Shown piece by piece: positions 7,125 through 15,389 of a stretch of 64,000 nt of DNA (position 1 is the first letter of the stretch; every line of letters begins with the position of its first letter). Source of the stretch: a virus. Under the pieces are notes generated by a model. It saw only the letters and a list, made by a program, of their open reading frames with translations, was not told the origin of the DNA and did not search any database. The position numbers and the translations under genes are program-made. The DNA is taken from the IMG/VR virus record IMGVR_UViG_3300020429_000529, positions 326,762 to 390,761 of that record; one strand, given 5' to 3'.

Positions 7125-7550
7125 ATGGGCTCATACGCCTACGCTCGACACCTTCTGACTTCGCAGAAGAAGATCAGACTGCCGCTCGTCATCTGGCAGC
7201 ACGGTAAGAGCTTCCGCAGGGAGCAAGATCAAGTCACCAAGAACATGAGACTCAAGGAGTTCTATCAGCTTGAGTTTCAGATCATGTTTGCGCCGACCAC
7301 GGCAAACGACTACTCGATCAAGCTCATTCCTGCGATTCGGCGTATCATCGAGTTGTTCATCGGTCCCTGCCGAGTCGAGCCGTCCGACAGACTGCCCGAC
7401 TACGCAGAATGGACTCAAGACATTGTGAGAGAAGCGAACGACATGGAAGTCTGTTCAGTTTCTCTCCGTCACGACTTTGATCTTGCAAAGGTCTTGGAGG
7501 TGGCGATCGGAACTGATAGACTTGTTTACAACCACTTTGATTGGCTGTAA
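7125..7550 (+). CDS. class II aminoacyl-tRNA synthetase motif-2 fragment (GlyRS/HisRS-like), 141 aa
   Basis: GKSFRREQDQVTKNMRLKEFYQLEFQIMF resembles class IIa motif 2 (GKxFRNE...REFxQxExE); no in-frame ATG upstream. Confidence 0.45.
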   Translation: MGSYAYARHLLTSQKKIRLPLVIWQHGKSFRREQDQVTKNMRLKEFYQLEFQIMFAPTTANDYSIKLIPAIRRIIELFIGPCRVEPSDRLPDYAEWTQDIVREANDMEVCSVSLRHDFDLAKVLEVAIGTDRLVYNHFDWL

Positions 7551-7554
7551 GCTG

Positions 7555-7932
7555 GTGAAGATTTGCAGAGGAACCAACAGAATCGTCTTTCTTGTTTCTC
7601 GCTGGGCGATCAAAATCCCAGCGTTCATTCCTCATGGCTGGTCTTTGGGAATCTATGGCATTCTGGCATCGCTGCGAGAAGCCGGATCCTGGGAGGCCGT
7701 CTGCTGCGAAGGCGCTGCAAATGAGGACTGCAAGCCAATGCTTGTTCCTGTCCGTTGGAGCTTTGCGGGATTGATACTGGTTCAGCCCCGAGGTACAGAG
7801 GTATCAACGCAGGAATGGAATGATTGGGATGGCTTCGATAGAATGACAAAGTTCTGCGGAGACATCAAGCAGGAGAACACTGTTTGGTTGAACGGCAAAA
7901 TACGAGTATGCGACTATGGATCGGTCGCATAA
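7555..7932 (+). CDS. hypothetical protein with a protein-kinase-like catalytic-loop/DFG segment (GTG start)
   Basis: CGDIKQENTVWLNGKIRVCDYG resembles HGDLKPENILL...IKIxDFG; start chosen at the first in-frame GTG after the upstream stop. Confidence 0.35.
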   Translation: MKICRGTNRIVFLVSRWAIKIPAFIPHGWSLGIYGILASLREAGSWEAVCCEGAANEDCKPMLVPVRWSFAGLILVQPRGTEVSTQEWNDWDGFDRMTKFCGDIKQENTVWLNGKIRVCDYGSVA

Positions 7933-7935
7933 CTT

Positions 7936-8017
7936 GCGGGCGTAGTCTAACGGTAAGGCACTGGCCTTCGAAGCCAGCGGTGAAAATCCATTGGGGGTTC
8001 GAATCCCTCCGCCCGTG
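7936..8017 (+). tRNA. tRNA-Arg(UCG) with an enlarged 15-nt variable region
   Basis: gcgggcg/cgcccgt acceptor, anticodon arm ctggc-CUUCGAA-gccag, T-arm gggggTTCGAATccctc. Confidence 0.65.
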
Positions 8018-8031
8018 TTTAGGAGAATCAG

Positions 8032-8604
8032 ATGGCAACCATTGAAGACGGACGCTACATCGAAGCCCCTCAAACACTGCCCATTCGGGCGCTGATTGCT
8101 GACCATATCAGGACGGTCTTCCTGGCTGGCGGCATATCGGGCACCGAAGACTGGCAGATACATGCCGCTCAACGCTTCATCGATGAAAGCCGTCTGACGG
8201 TCATCAATCCTCGTCGTCCTGGCGGCTTGTCCAAGACAGGAGATGAAGCTGCTCGACAGATCCAATGGGAGTTTGAGTCTCTGCGGCATTCGCAGTTCGT
8301 TCTTTTCTGGTTCCCTCCTGAAACTGTCTGCCCCATCGCTCTCTTTGAGTTGGGGACATTCCTCGGAAGAGGTCGAAACTACCGCTTCGAGGGGAAGAGA
8401 CCGATCGACGGAGGAGAGGGATACAACGGCACTCCGTGGCCGTACATCTATGTCGGATGCCATCCAGACTACTCTCGTCGTTTCGATCTCGAACAGCAGA
8501 TTCCGCTGTACGATGAAAGAGTTACTCTCAGGTACGATCTTGATGAGGTCATCGATGCGATCATCGAGGACAGCAAGATTCTCGCCGAGAGACGAGATTC
8601 GTAA
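8032..8604 (+). CDS. nucleoside 2-deoxyribosyltransferase-like protein (tentative)
   Basis: AGGAGA RBS; VFLAGGISGTEDWQ...NPRRPGG pattern. Confidence 0.55.
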   Translation: MATIEDGRYIEAPQTLPIRALIADHIRTVFLAGGISGTEDWQIHAAQRFIDESRLTVINPRRPGGLSKTGDEAARQIQWEFESLRHSQFVLFWFPPETVCPIALFELGTFLGRGRNYRFEGKRPIDGGEGYNGTPWPYIYVGCHPDYSRRFDLEQQIPLYDERVTLRYDLDEVIDAIIEDSKILAERRDS

Positions 8605-8858
8605 TGGCAAAGAAAAAGGTCATCCATGTCAACCGTCAGTTCATTGCGATGAACGCCAAAGACGGAAGAAACCGACCTGTCTTCACGATCAAAGAAGGCG
8701 GCAAGGTTACTTACGCTCGCAACGTTGAGATCCTTGGGCCATGCAAGCTGCTTGGTACGGCGGATCAACTCAGTTGCGGCGCAAGAGCTTGGATCGAAAC
8801 AACATCAGACGTTGCTTTGGATGACCCGATGACTTTTGCCGAGGCAAAGGCATCGTAG
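8604..8858 (+). CDS. hypothetical protein
   Basis: ATG overlaps the upstream stop (TAATG); 84 aa, basic N-terminus. Confidence 0.5.
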   Translation: MAKKKVIHVNRQFIAMNAKDGRNRPVFTIKEGGKVTYARNVEILGPCKLLGTADQLSCGARAWIETTSDVALDDPMTFAEAKAS

Positions 8859-8866
8859 CAAACATT

Positions 8867-8957
8867 GCCCCCGTAGCTCAATTGGAAGAGCGGCCGGCTT
8901 CTATCCGGTTTAGACCAACTAAGGTCGAGGTTGAGGGTTCGAGTCCTTCCGGGGGTG
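8867..8957 (+). tRNA. tRNA-Arg(UCU)-like with class I D-arm and a 23-nt variable arm
   Basis: gcccccg/cgggggt acceptor, anticodon arm gccgg-CUUCUAU-ccggt, variable hairpin gacc...ggtc, T-arm gagggTTCGAGTccttc. Confidence 0.55.
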
Positions 8958-8976
8958 CTTTGAAAGGAGAGTCGCT

Positions 8977-9342
8977 ATGGGATGGGATATTGACCTGACT
9001 CGCAATGACGAGACCCTCGAAGTATCGCCTCATCAGACCGGCTCGATTCAGCAAGCCGAAATGATCGATGGCGTTTTGGTCGCCGTTGATCGATCGGAAG
9101 CGTCTTGCTGTATCACTTACAACTACTCGAAACTTTACGGCATGGTTGGTTTCTCGATGAGAGACCTGGATGGCAAGACCGCCAGCGAAACCGCCGAATC
9201 GCTCCGCTCCGCTGTCGAGAAGCTTGGCACGGACAAGTACGACGACTATTGGGCTCCGACGCCTGGTAACGCAGGAGCGGCGCTTCAGACGCTTCTGAGT
9301 TGGGCTGAAGAGCATCCTGATGGCGTTTGGAAAGTCACCTAA
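8977..9342 (+). CDS. hypothetical protein
   Basis: AAGGAGAG RBS; 121 aa. Confidence 0.55.
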   Translation: MGWDIDLTRNDETLEVSPHQTGSIQQAEMIDGVLVAVDRSEASCCITYNYSKLYGMVGFSMRDLDGKTASETAESLRSAVEKLGTDKYDDYWAPTPGNAGAALQTLLSWAEEHPDGVWKVT

Positions 9343-9352
9343 CAGGTGCCTC

Positions 9353-9368
9353 GTTTGTGATGTATAAT
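9353..9368 (+). promoter_or_regulatory. sigma70-like -10 (TGTATAAT) only 7 nt upstream of the ATG at 9376 (leaderless candidate)
   Basis: Perfect TATAAT at 9363-9368 immediately preceded by TG; weak -35. Confidence 0.4.
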
Positions 9369-9375
9369 CTCGCGC

Positions 9376-9807
9376 ATGAGTAACAAAACATCACGGCTAA
9401 AACGCGCCATCGAAAAAGGAGACGATTGGTCATGCGCCATTCGTCAAGTCATGCTGCCCCGAGACACGAACATGTACGGGACAGTCTTCGGCGGCATCAT
9501 TCTCAGCATGATTGACCAGGCCGCCCTTGTTGAGGCAAGGCTGCATGGCATCCACAAATGGGTGACCGCTTCTTTCGATCGAGTCGATTTCAAGTCGCCA
9601 ATTCGGGTCGGAGACACGGTTAGTCTTTACACTCGAACGGAAAAGCTTGGAACCTCAAGCGTGACTGTTGAGATCAGCGTAGAGGTTCATCGTTATGATT
9701 CAAACGCCATTCATGAGGTCACGAAGGCTGTTGTGACTATGGTTTCTGTTGGTCATGACGGACGACCGATCCCGTTTACCGAGCCATCGACGCTATTAGA
9801 ACAGTAG
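9376..9807 (+). CDS. acyl-CoA thioesterase (hotdog fold, YciA-like)
   Basis: PRDTNMYGTVFGGIILSMIDQAA matches the YciA-type DTNANGxIFGG motif. Confidence 0.75.
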   Translation: MSNKTSRLKRAIEKGDDWSCAIRQVMLPRDTNMYGTVFGGIILSMIDQAALVEARLHGIHKWVTASFDRVDFKSPIRVGDTVSLYTRTEKLGTSSVTVEISVEVHRYDSNAIHEVTKAVVTMVSVGHDGRPIPFTEPSTLLEQ

Positions 9808-9879
9808 GATGTCTTGAAGGACATTTGGCTTCAGGTATGAAAATGTGAAGTATCGCACGACATACTTGGAGTCAACAAA

Positions 9880-10194
9880 ATGAAGAAACTACTGGCATGT
9901 GTCGCAATCCTCGGTATGAACGCTGTTTCTCTCGGATTCGCCGCTCATTTTGCGGTGAATAGCGAGCTAAACGCCGCAGATGAACTGGTCCCGCTTGCTG
10001 ATCGCCGTCCCGCTGAACTAACATGGGAACATGTAGAAAGCGAAGACGGAGGCGTTCTTGCTTGGATCGAGACCGATGAAGATGGCGAGCGTCATCAATA
10101 CGAAACCCGTATTCCCGCTTCTGATCCCGAAGCAGATGAAAACATCAACGAATGGGACAAGCAGAATGCGGAAGATTGGAAGCCTGGCGAATAG
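9880..10194 (+). CDS. secreted acidic protein with signal peptide
   Basis: N-terminal MKKLLACVAILGMNAVSLGFAA signal-like segment. Confidence 0.55.
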   Translation: MKKLLACVAILGMNAVSLGFAAHFAVNSELNAADELVPLADRRPAELTWEHVESEDGGVLAWIETDEDGERHQYETRIPASDPEADENINEWDKQNAEDWKPGE

Positions 10195-10381
10195 GAGGTT
10201 GTCATATGTCGAGGCGTAACGCATAACAGAAACGTTTAGGGAGAACTATGAGTTCTACCTGCGTTTCAAGAATGATCTTTCCAGTCAAACTGGCTGGTAC
10301 AGCAAGGATCAGTACCCATACGATAAGGACGGGCACGATCCGATCGAAGTATTCGAGAGCATCGAAAGCAGAGGCAAGATT

Positions 10382-10690
10382 TTGCCCTGCAACGATGTAG
10401 AAACCCTCGTCAAAGCTCTCGATGGCAAACGGAGCATCAACCTTCATATCAAGATGTGGGCTGAAGGCATCGCCGAGGGCTCGTTCTTCAAGTGGGAGAT
10501 TCAAGAGTCGTTTCCATATCTGCCGAAGTGGGTATGGGAGAGCCTGAATAACCAGATCTGGAAGAAAGATCCAGACGGCAAGAGATTCGAGATGACGGGC
10601 TTTCTGTATCTCGAAAGATTGACAAGACCTGATGGACGAGAAGATCAAGCAACTCGGAGACACACTCGCAAGCCTCAAGACAGCGGGTGA
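10382..10690 (+). CDS. hypothetical protein (TTG start per ORF track)
   Basis: 102-aa ORF with no in-frame ATG upstream. Confidence 0.35.
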   Translation: MPCNDVETLVKALDGKRSINLHIKMWAEGIAEGSFFKWEIQESFPYLPKWVWESLNNQIWKKDPDGKRFEMTGFLYLERLTRPDGREDQATRRHTRKPQDSG

Positions 10691-10826
10691 GGCGAAGGCT
10701 GTCGGCGAGGCGCTGGCGGCTTCTCTTGGCGGGCACGAGCCTCCCTCAGCGGGAGGAGCGGTTCAGTCGAGTCCGAAGCCGTCGCCCACGCCGTTGGCCG
10801 CAGCAGCAAGCACAGAGACCCCGTAG
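10632..10826 (+). CDS. hypothetical small Ala/Pro-rich protein
   Basis: 64-aa ORF; its TAG stop is formed by U8-A9-G10 of the downstream tRNA. Confidence 0.3.
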   Translation: MDEKIKQLGDTLASLKTAGEAKAVGEALAASLGGHEPPSAGGAVQSSPKPSPTPLAAAASTETP

Positions 10827-10891
10827 CATAATATGGACAATGCATCTGCCTCCTAAGCAGACGATTAGAGGTTCGAATCCTCTCGGGGTCG
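10817..10891 (+). tRNA. tRNA-Arg(CCU)
   Basis: gaccccg/cggggtc acceptor, anticodon arm tctgc-CUCCUAA-gcaga, T-arm agaggTTCGAATcctct. Confidence 0.85.
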
Positions 10892-10914
10892 TTCAGAACA
10901 TAGCAGGTATTCAC

Positions 10915-11154
10915 ATGGAATCTCATTGCACAGGACCAAAGGTTTCTCAAATGTCTGACGAGGAAGCTCATGCAGTTCTCGCAGAGATGGACCTGCCGCC
11001 CAAGCGTATCGAATCGCTGACCGAATACAATCTCGGTTGGCTGAGGCGAAACGTCTGGATCAGAAACGGCAACCATCCTCGCTGCGCTGCGCTAATGATG
11101 TGGCTTCGGGAGAGGATGGCTGATTTTTCTGCCACTGACGGCGTGGAATCCTAA
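10915..11154 (+). CDS. hypothetical protein
   Basis: First ATG downstream of the tRNA within ORF 10687-11154, whose N-terminal part is a tRNA read-through artefact. Confidence 0.35.
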   Translation: MESHCTGPKVSQMSDEEAHAVLAEMDLPPKRIESLTEYNLGWLRRNVWIRNGNHPRCAALMMWLRERMADFSATDGVES

Positions 11155-11179
11155 GCATTTTCGAGATTTTCTTCCGATG

Positions 11180-11210
11180 AGGGAGGAAGTGACGCCGTAA
11201 GGCGGTATAC
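11180..11210 (+). repeat. conserved 31-nt element, copy 2 (GGGAGGAAGTGACGCCGTAAGGCGGTATACT)
   Basis: 30/31 identical to 1409-1439; about 210 nt upstream of the terminator at 11389. Confidence 0.6.
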
Positions 11211-11388
11211 TGAGGAACCGCAAGGGCGGAGATTGTACGAACCATGAAGACCATGACCTCAACAACCGGGCATATGACAACGACCCAAAGCGGCGGAAGC
11301 TGCGGCGGTACGTCGTCTTGCGCCATGGCTGGGTCTGGCCCTTCTGGTCCGTAATACTGCACGGACAAGCACGGAAGAGGATACCAGA

Positions 11389-11418
11389 GCCCCAGCCTAC
11401 GAAGGTTGGGGCTTTTTT
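11389..11418 (+). terminator. rho-independent terminator
   Basis: gccccagcctacgaaggttggggc hairpin followed by TTTTTT. Confidence 0.7.
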
Positions 11419-11434
11419 CATTGACAGACATTTT

Positions 11435-11518
11435 GAGGGTGAAGTCTATTCGGCATGACGCCTGCCTTCCAAGCAGGAGAGCGAAAGCTCATTGCGGGTT
11501 CGAATCCCGTCACCCTCT
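11435..11518 (+). tRNA. class II-like tRNA with anticodon UCC; variable arm carries a GCGAAAGC hairpin
   Basis: gagggtg/caccctc acceptor, 3-bp D-stem, anticodon arm cctgc-CUUCCAA-gcagg, variable agagcgaaagctcatt, T-arm gcgggTTCGAATcccgt. Confidence 0.55.
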
Positions 11519-11543
11519 TTAGACAAACCAGAAGACTTCGGTC

Positions 11544-11567
11544 TTCGACCTCTTTGACAAGTGAATA
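11544..11567 (+). promoter_or_regulatory. recurrent motif TTCGACCTCTTTGACAAGTGAATA, copy 2
   Basis: 23/24 identical to 1813-1836; immediately upstream of the RNase P RNA-like element. Confidence 0.4.
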
Positions 11568-11593
11568 GAGACGATTTGAAAGACTTCTCTTAA

Positions 11594-11841
11594 CGAGAGA
11601 AAGGCAGCCGATCCATCGCTCTATCCGCCCCTGCATTCTGCATGCGGACGAGAGGAAGGTCGGGGCACCACTGCTAACAAGGTAGGAGACGGACCTGCGC
11701 AATGCGGGCGAGTTGCTTGGACTACCGAGGGTGCAACCTCATGCAGGCTGAGCGGGTGAGCAGCGCTATGAAGCCGGGTCGAGGGCCATTAGAGAAATGA
11801 TGGAATAGAACAGAACCCCGCCTACGGGCACTTTTCTCTCG
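11594..11841 (+). ncRNA. rnpB: RNase P RNA (rnpB)-like element, reduced size (about 250 nt)
   Basis: gagaggaaggtcggggcacc resembles P4 5' strand GAGGAAAGUCCGGGCUCC; acagaaccccgcc resembles P4 3' strand ACAGAACCCGGCU; terminal P1-like pairing cgagagaaag/cttttctctcg; no ORF. Confidence 0.45.
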
Positions 11842-11846
11842 TTTTT

Positions 11847-11919
11847 GCAGGTATCGTATAGTTGGTTATTACATCACGTTGCCAACGTGAATACGTCGGT
11901 TCGAATCCGGCTACCTGCA
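11847..11919 (+). tRNA. tRNA-Gly(GCC)
   Basis: gcaggta/tacctgc acceptor, anticodon arm tcacg-UUGCCAA-cgtga, T-arm gtcggTTCGAATccggc. Confidence 0.8.
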
Positions 11920-11927
11920 TTTGATTC

Positions 11928-12260
11928 TTATCGATCGTGCAAATAGCGGAAATCTACAAGCTCCGCAAACGGAACCGTAAACTCTGTTTGGTTGTCTGTT
12001 AGATTCCCGCTCATTATTTGCGACGGATCGAATCGGTATTTTCCCAAGACTTCTTGAGGGTCTTCTGGATCATCAGATCCATGGGAGTAATACTCGATAA
12101 CGTAGTTTGGATCAAGACTCAAATATAGGCCTCCTGGCTTTCTGTGAACAGAGCCAGCCTGAAGAGGAAAGCCATCGAGCGTTTGCCCTTGTTCATTGAG
12201 GGTCATGACTCTGTAGCCTATATTCTGCTGCGATTGTTTGAGCAGTTTGTACCAGTTCAT
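11928..12260 (-). CDS. hypothetical protein
   Basis: 110-aa minus-strand ORF convergent with 12339-12614; no conflict with tRNAs. Confidence 0.4.
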   Translation of the reverse strand: MNWYKLLKQSQQNIGYRVMTLNEQGQTLDGFPLQAGSVHRKPGGLYLSLDPNYVIEYYSHGSDDPEDPQEVLGKYRFDPSQIMSGNLTDNQTEFTVPFAELVDFRYLHDR

Positions 12261-12338
12261 ATGTCTTTATATCGTCTTGGCCTGATGAATCCTTTCAGAG
12301 TGAACCTGAATGTTCGCAACGAAAGAAAGGAGAACATC

Positions 12339-12614
12339 ATGGTTAAGAGACGATTTGGCGTTGATTTCTACAGCGACGGAGGTGCGTTGACCCTCTCTCC
12401 TGGAGAGATCGGCGAGAACGAGTCCGGTTGGACCATTGTTGGAGAAGTTCATGAAGACTACTACGAATGGGTGAACTACTTTGAAGCCTCTCATCCTGAC
12501 TTCGGTTGGGTAAAGGGAGACTTCGAGGATGAGGTGAAAGCTTCATCCAAGAAGGCGTTCGACCATTTCTGGAAGCATCATGAACCTTCGGCTTGGGACT
12601 ATCAGGACATCTAA
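12339..12614 (+). CDS. hypothetical protein
   Basis: Internal ATG with a strong AAGGAGA RBS within ORF 12144-12614. Confidence 0.5.
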   Translation: MVKRRFGVDFYSDGGALTLSPGEIGENESGWTIVGEVHEDYYEWVNYFEASHPDFGWVKGDFEDEVKASSKKAFDHFWKHHEPSAWDYQDI

Positions 12615-12641
12615 CCAGCAGCCGCCTTCGGGCGGCCCTAT

Positions 12642-12712
12642 GCTCCCATGTTGTAGTGGTAGCCTCCTTTCTTGGTACGAAAGTGGCGTCGGTTCGATTC
12701 CGACTGGGAGCT
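12642..12712 (+). tRNA. tRNA-Thr(GGU)
   Basis: gctccca/tgggagc acceptor, anticodon arm ctttc-UUGGUAC-gaaag, T-arm gtcggTTCGATTccgac. Confidence 0.85.
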
Positions 12713-12729
12713 TTGTCGATAAGAGAAGC

Positions 12730-13101
12730 ATGGAACTCAACACAAACATCAAGAGAGGCAAAGTCTGGGGCAATACTTCTTGTCTCTTCGCAAAGAACAA
12801 TGTCGAACTGCATCGGATCGAGGCAAAGAAGGGCGGCTTCTGCTCCAAGCATTGTCACAGATCTAAGTTCAATATGTTCTTTGTCGAAAACGGCGCTCTC
12901 AAGATCACGATTTACCGTCCTGATGCTGGTCAAATCCTTGAAGATGAGACTATTATCAAGACTGGCGAATCAACGCTGGTCGAACCTGGTTTGTATCACA
13001 AGTTTGAGGCTCTTGAAGATTCGGTTGCCCTTGAGGTTTACTGGGTCGAGCTTGAACACGATGATATAGAGAGGGAGTCGGTTGGCGGCATGAAGCAGTA
13101 A
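12730..13101 (+). CDS. cupin domain protein
   Basis: First ATG after the tRNA; HRIEAKKGGFCSKHCH...LVEPGLYHKFEA cupin-like beta-barrel motifs. Confidence 0.55.
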   Translation: MELNTNIKRGKVWGNTSCLFAKNNVELHRIEAKKGGFCSKHCHRSKFNMFFVENGALKITIYRPDAGQILEDETIIKTGESTLVEPGLYHKFEALEDSVALEVYWVELEHDDIERESVGGMKQ

Positions 13102-13183
13102 GCCCATGTGTCTTCGAGCATGGTCGAAGCGTGAATAGTCGGGCGGGACGAGAGACCGTCGCCGTAAGCGTAAACGGCTTCTC

Positions 13184-13211
13184 TTCAATGTGAGGATGTT
13201 TGTGATACAAT
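13184..13211 (+). promoter_or_regulatory. promoter TTCAAT-16-TGaTACAAT (extended -10), ATG 6 nt downstream (leaderless candidate)
   Basis: -10 TACAAT at 13206-13211 preceded by TG at 13203-13204; start codon at 13218. Confidence 0.45.
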
Positions 13212-13217
13212 GCGATC

Positions 13218-14009
13218 ATGCCTCGCATCACAAGAGATTGGGCATACCTCGATAGCCTCTTCCAAGACCCGAGCGAAGAGTCGCAGAATCTCCTCATTGA
13301 GGAGTTCTTTGATTCTGCAGTTCAAATCGGGTTATCTCTTTATCCTCAACTAAGAAGGCGCGTTTCCAATGCTGCTGCCTTTGACAGAGATGAGGCAGTA
13401 TCTCTGGCTTTGACTTGTCTCGTAATAGAGATCAAGAAAAAGACTGGCATGTCTTCGGTTGAGTTTCATATGCGGCTAAAGTCGATGATTCGCTGCTACA
13501 TGCTGAGCTTTTGCGCTGACAACTGTAATGATTTCCCCTCAAGGGGCTATACTCATACAAAGCAGTATGTCGAGAAGGTCAATGAGGCGCACTTCAAGAG
13601 AAAGGGCGTCAAAGTAAGCTCAGACCAGTTGCTTTCAATCTGCGAAAAAGAAAGAAAGCTTCGGAAGTCTCACAGGAGAAAACTTCGGAAGAAGATACGA
13701 TCTCCGATTCCGGTTGTTGACAACTCGCTGCTGTCAATAATACAGCTTCCTCGTTTCTCGGCTTTTCAGGGATTACCTATCAAGCATAGCGGGTTCGATG
13801 AGGTTGATACTCAGGAGATTATCGACATCATCAAGGGAAAGCTCACAAAAAGAGAATGCATGGTCCTTGATATGAGGCTCAAGTATTCTTCAAACAAGAT
13901 GATAGCTGACGCTCTCGGGTTGACTCAATCGCCTGCTAATACGGTGATTGCTTTCGTCAAAAAGACAGCAGAGAGAGTTCTGAGAAGTCAGCATTTGATT
14001 CCGGCGTAG
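13218..14009 (+). CDS. putative transcription regulator / sigma-factor-like protein (C-terminal HTH)
   Basis: The C-terminus ECMVLDMRLKYSSNKMIADALGLTQSPANTV resembles sigma-70 region 4 / LuxR HTH. Confidence 0.55.
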   Translation: MPRITRDWAYLDSLFQDPSEESQNLLIEEFFDSAVQIGLSLYPQLRRRVSNAAAFDRDEAVSLALTCLVIEIKKKTGMSSVEFHMRLKSMIRCYMLSFCADNCNDFPSRGYTHTKQYVEKVNEAHFKRKGVKVSSDQLLSICEKERKLRKSHRRKLRKKIRSPIPVVDNSLLSIIQLPRFSAFQGLPIKHSGFDEVDTQEIIDIIKGKLTKRECMVLDMRLKYSSNKMIADALGLTQSPANTVIAFVKKTAERVLRSQHLIPA

Positions 14010-14072
14010 CTCAATTGGCAGAGCAGCGTACTCGTAATACGCAGGTTGCAGGTTCAACCCCTGTCGTCGGAT
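14000..14072 (+). tRNA. tRNA-Thr(CGU)
   Basis: tccggcg/cgtcgga acceptor, anticodon arm gcgta-CUCGUAA-tacgc, T-arm gcaggTTCAACCcctgt. Confidence 0.85.
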
Positions 14073-14075
14073 TTA

Positions 14076-14149
14076 TGCCTGCTTAGCTCAGTTGGTAGAG
14101 CATTGGTTTTGTAAACCAACGGTCGTCGGTTCGAGTCCGACAGTAGGCT
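14076..14149 (+). tRNA. tRNA-Thr(UGU)
   Basis: gcctgct/agtaggc acceptor, anticodon arm ttggt-UUUGUAA-accaa, T-arm gtcggTTCGAGTccgac. Confidence 0.85.
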
Positions 14150-14176
14150 TTGTTAGAGAAGTTGAAAGGACATACT

Positions 14177-14500
14177 ATGAAGCCATCTGATCTCCTTGAA
14201 TGCGCCTTTGAACAGAGGGGCCTGAGAGAAGAGGACTTGGTTCGAAAAGATTTGTTTGATAAGCAGATCTTCATGGGCGCAGGTCATCCATCAGATCCAA
14301 AACGCAACTTCAGCGGACAAGATGTTGCGCTACTTCATGCAAAAGTTGACCAGGTTTGTAGTTTGATATCTGGCTTACAGCAAGCTCCAAGGCCGGGCAC
14401 CGACGATAACTTCGAAGGATATGCTCAAGAGCTTGCAGACGGAGAAAAGGCCATCGATCTTGCCGTTCAAGATATTGTTCGGGCACTCAAGGGAAGCTGA
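14177..14500 (+). CDS. hypothetical protein
   Basis: ATG with AAAGGA RBS, downstream of the TTG start used by the ORF track. Confidence 0.5.
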   Translation: MKPSDLLECAFEQRGLREEDLVRKDLFDKQIFMGAGHPSDPKRNFSGQDVALLHAKVDQVCSLISGLQQAPRPGTDDNFEGYAQELADGEKAIDLAVQDIVRALKGS

Positions 14501-14501
14501 T

Positions 14502-15041
14502 ATGCTGAATGAAAACGATGACTGGTACGAGCAGATTCGTCTTCATTATGGGGATCGAACAGCCGAACGCTCAGGCGTTCCTCTGATCTCTCATATCGAC
14601 GAAGGACTGATCGTTCTTGGTCTGCTGGGCGCAACCGAGAGGGCCAAGAAAGCCTACTGCATCCATCCCGTGATGCAAGGCGACTCGGACCTTGTTGAAT
14701 GGTTCAGCGGCCCAGATTGGCTTGAGCGACTCTACGGCCCTGATAACAACGCCGAAGTCATTGTCCTCGCCATGGAATACCGTTCGGTTGCCAACGAGTA
14801 TCTTTCAACCCGAGAAATCGAAGACATCAGCGAGATTCGCTTGAGTCCGCTGAATGAAGTCAACATCATGTTGGCTGCTGACAAGATACAGAACAGGAAG
14901 GATTTCGAGAAATACCACAAGGGAACGCATCCTCGATCGGATGCTCTCGATCGGTACTTCAAGAACTGGTTGAGAAGGCTTGGTATCTCTGAAGAGAGGT
15001 ATGAAGTAATCTGCAAGGACATCAAACTTCGCACAGCATAA
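14502..15041 (+). CDS. hypothetical protein
   Basis: Internal ATG with AAGGGAAG RBS placed right after the upstream stop; 179 aa. Confidence 0.55.
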   Translation: MLNENDDWYEQIRLHYGDRTAERSGVPLISHIDEGLIVLGLLGATERAKKAYCIHPVMQGDSDLVEWFSGPDWLERLYGPDNNAEVIVLAMEYRSVANEYLSTREIEDISEIRLSPLNEVNIMLAADKIQNRKDFEKYHKGTHPRSDALDRYFKNWLRRLGISEERYEVICKDIKLRTA

Positions 15042-15053
15042 CAGGAAATAGCC

Positions 15054-15389
15054 ATGGAGCCTCATGTATTTGAAGCCGAGAAGCATCTTCGCAGACACGG
15101 CCTTAGCTACAGTCAGAACCTCTATGGCTATTCAGAGCGGTCGAACGCTTACCTCAATCTGTTGACGGCTCCGAGCCTGCAAGCCTCCAACTACAGGTCC
15201 AAGTTTGGGTACTACGATCGTTTGATCGTTACTCAGGGGACGATCGAGTTCGAGGACGGGAAGATCAAGAACGAAGTCGATTCGCTGAACTGCCGTGAAT
15301 CACTGAGCGCGCATCCACTGAACGCCGACTCAGTGAGAGACATAGCGGCAGTAGCCGAGGGGTCAGAGGTAGATCCCAAGGGCGGTTGA
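15054..15389 (+). CDS. hypothetical protein
   Basis: 111-aa ORF, weak RBS. Confidence 0.4.
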   Translation: MEPHVFEAEKHLRRHGLSYSQNLYGYSERSNAYLNLLTAPSLQASNYRSKFGYYDRLIVTQGTIEFEDGKIKNEVDSLNCRESLSAHPLNADSVRDIAAVAEGSEVDPKGG

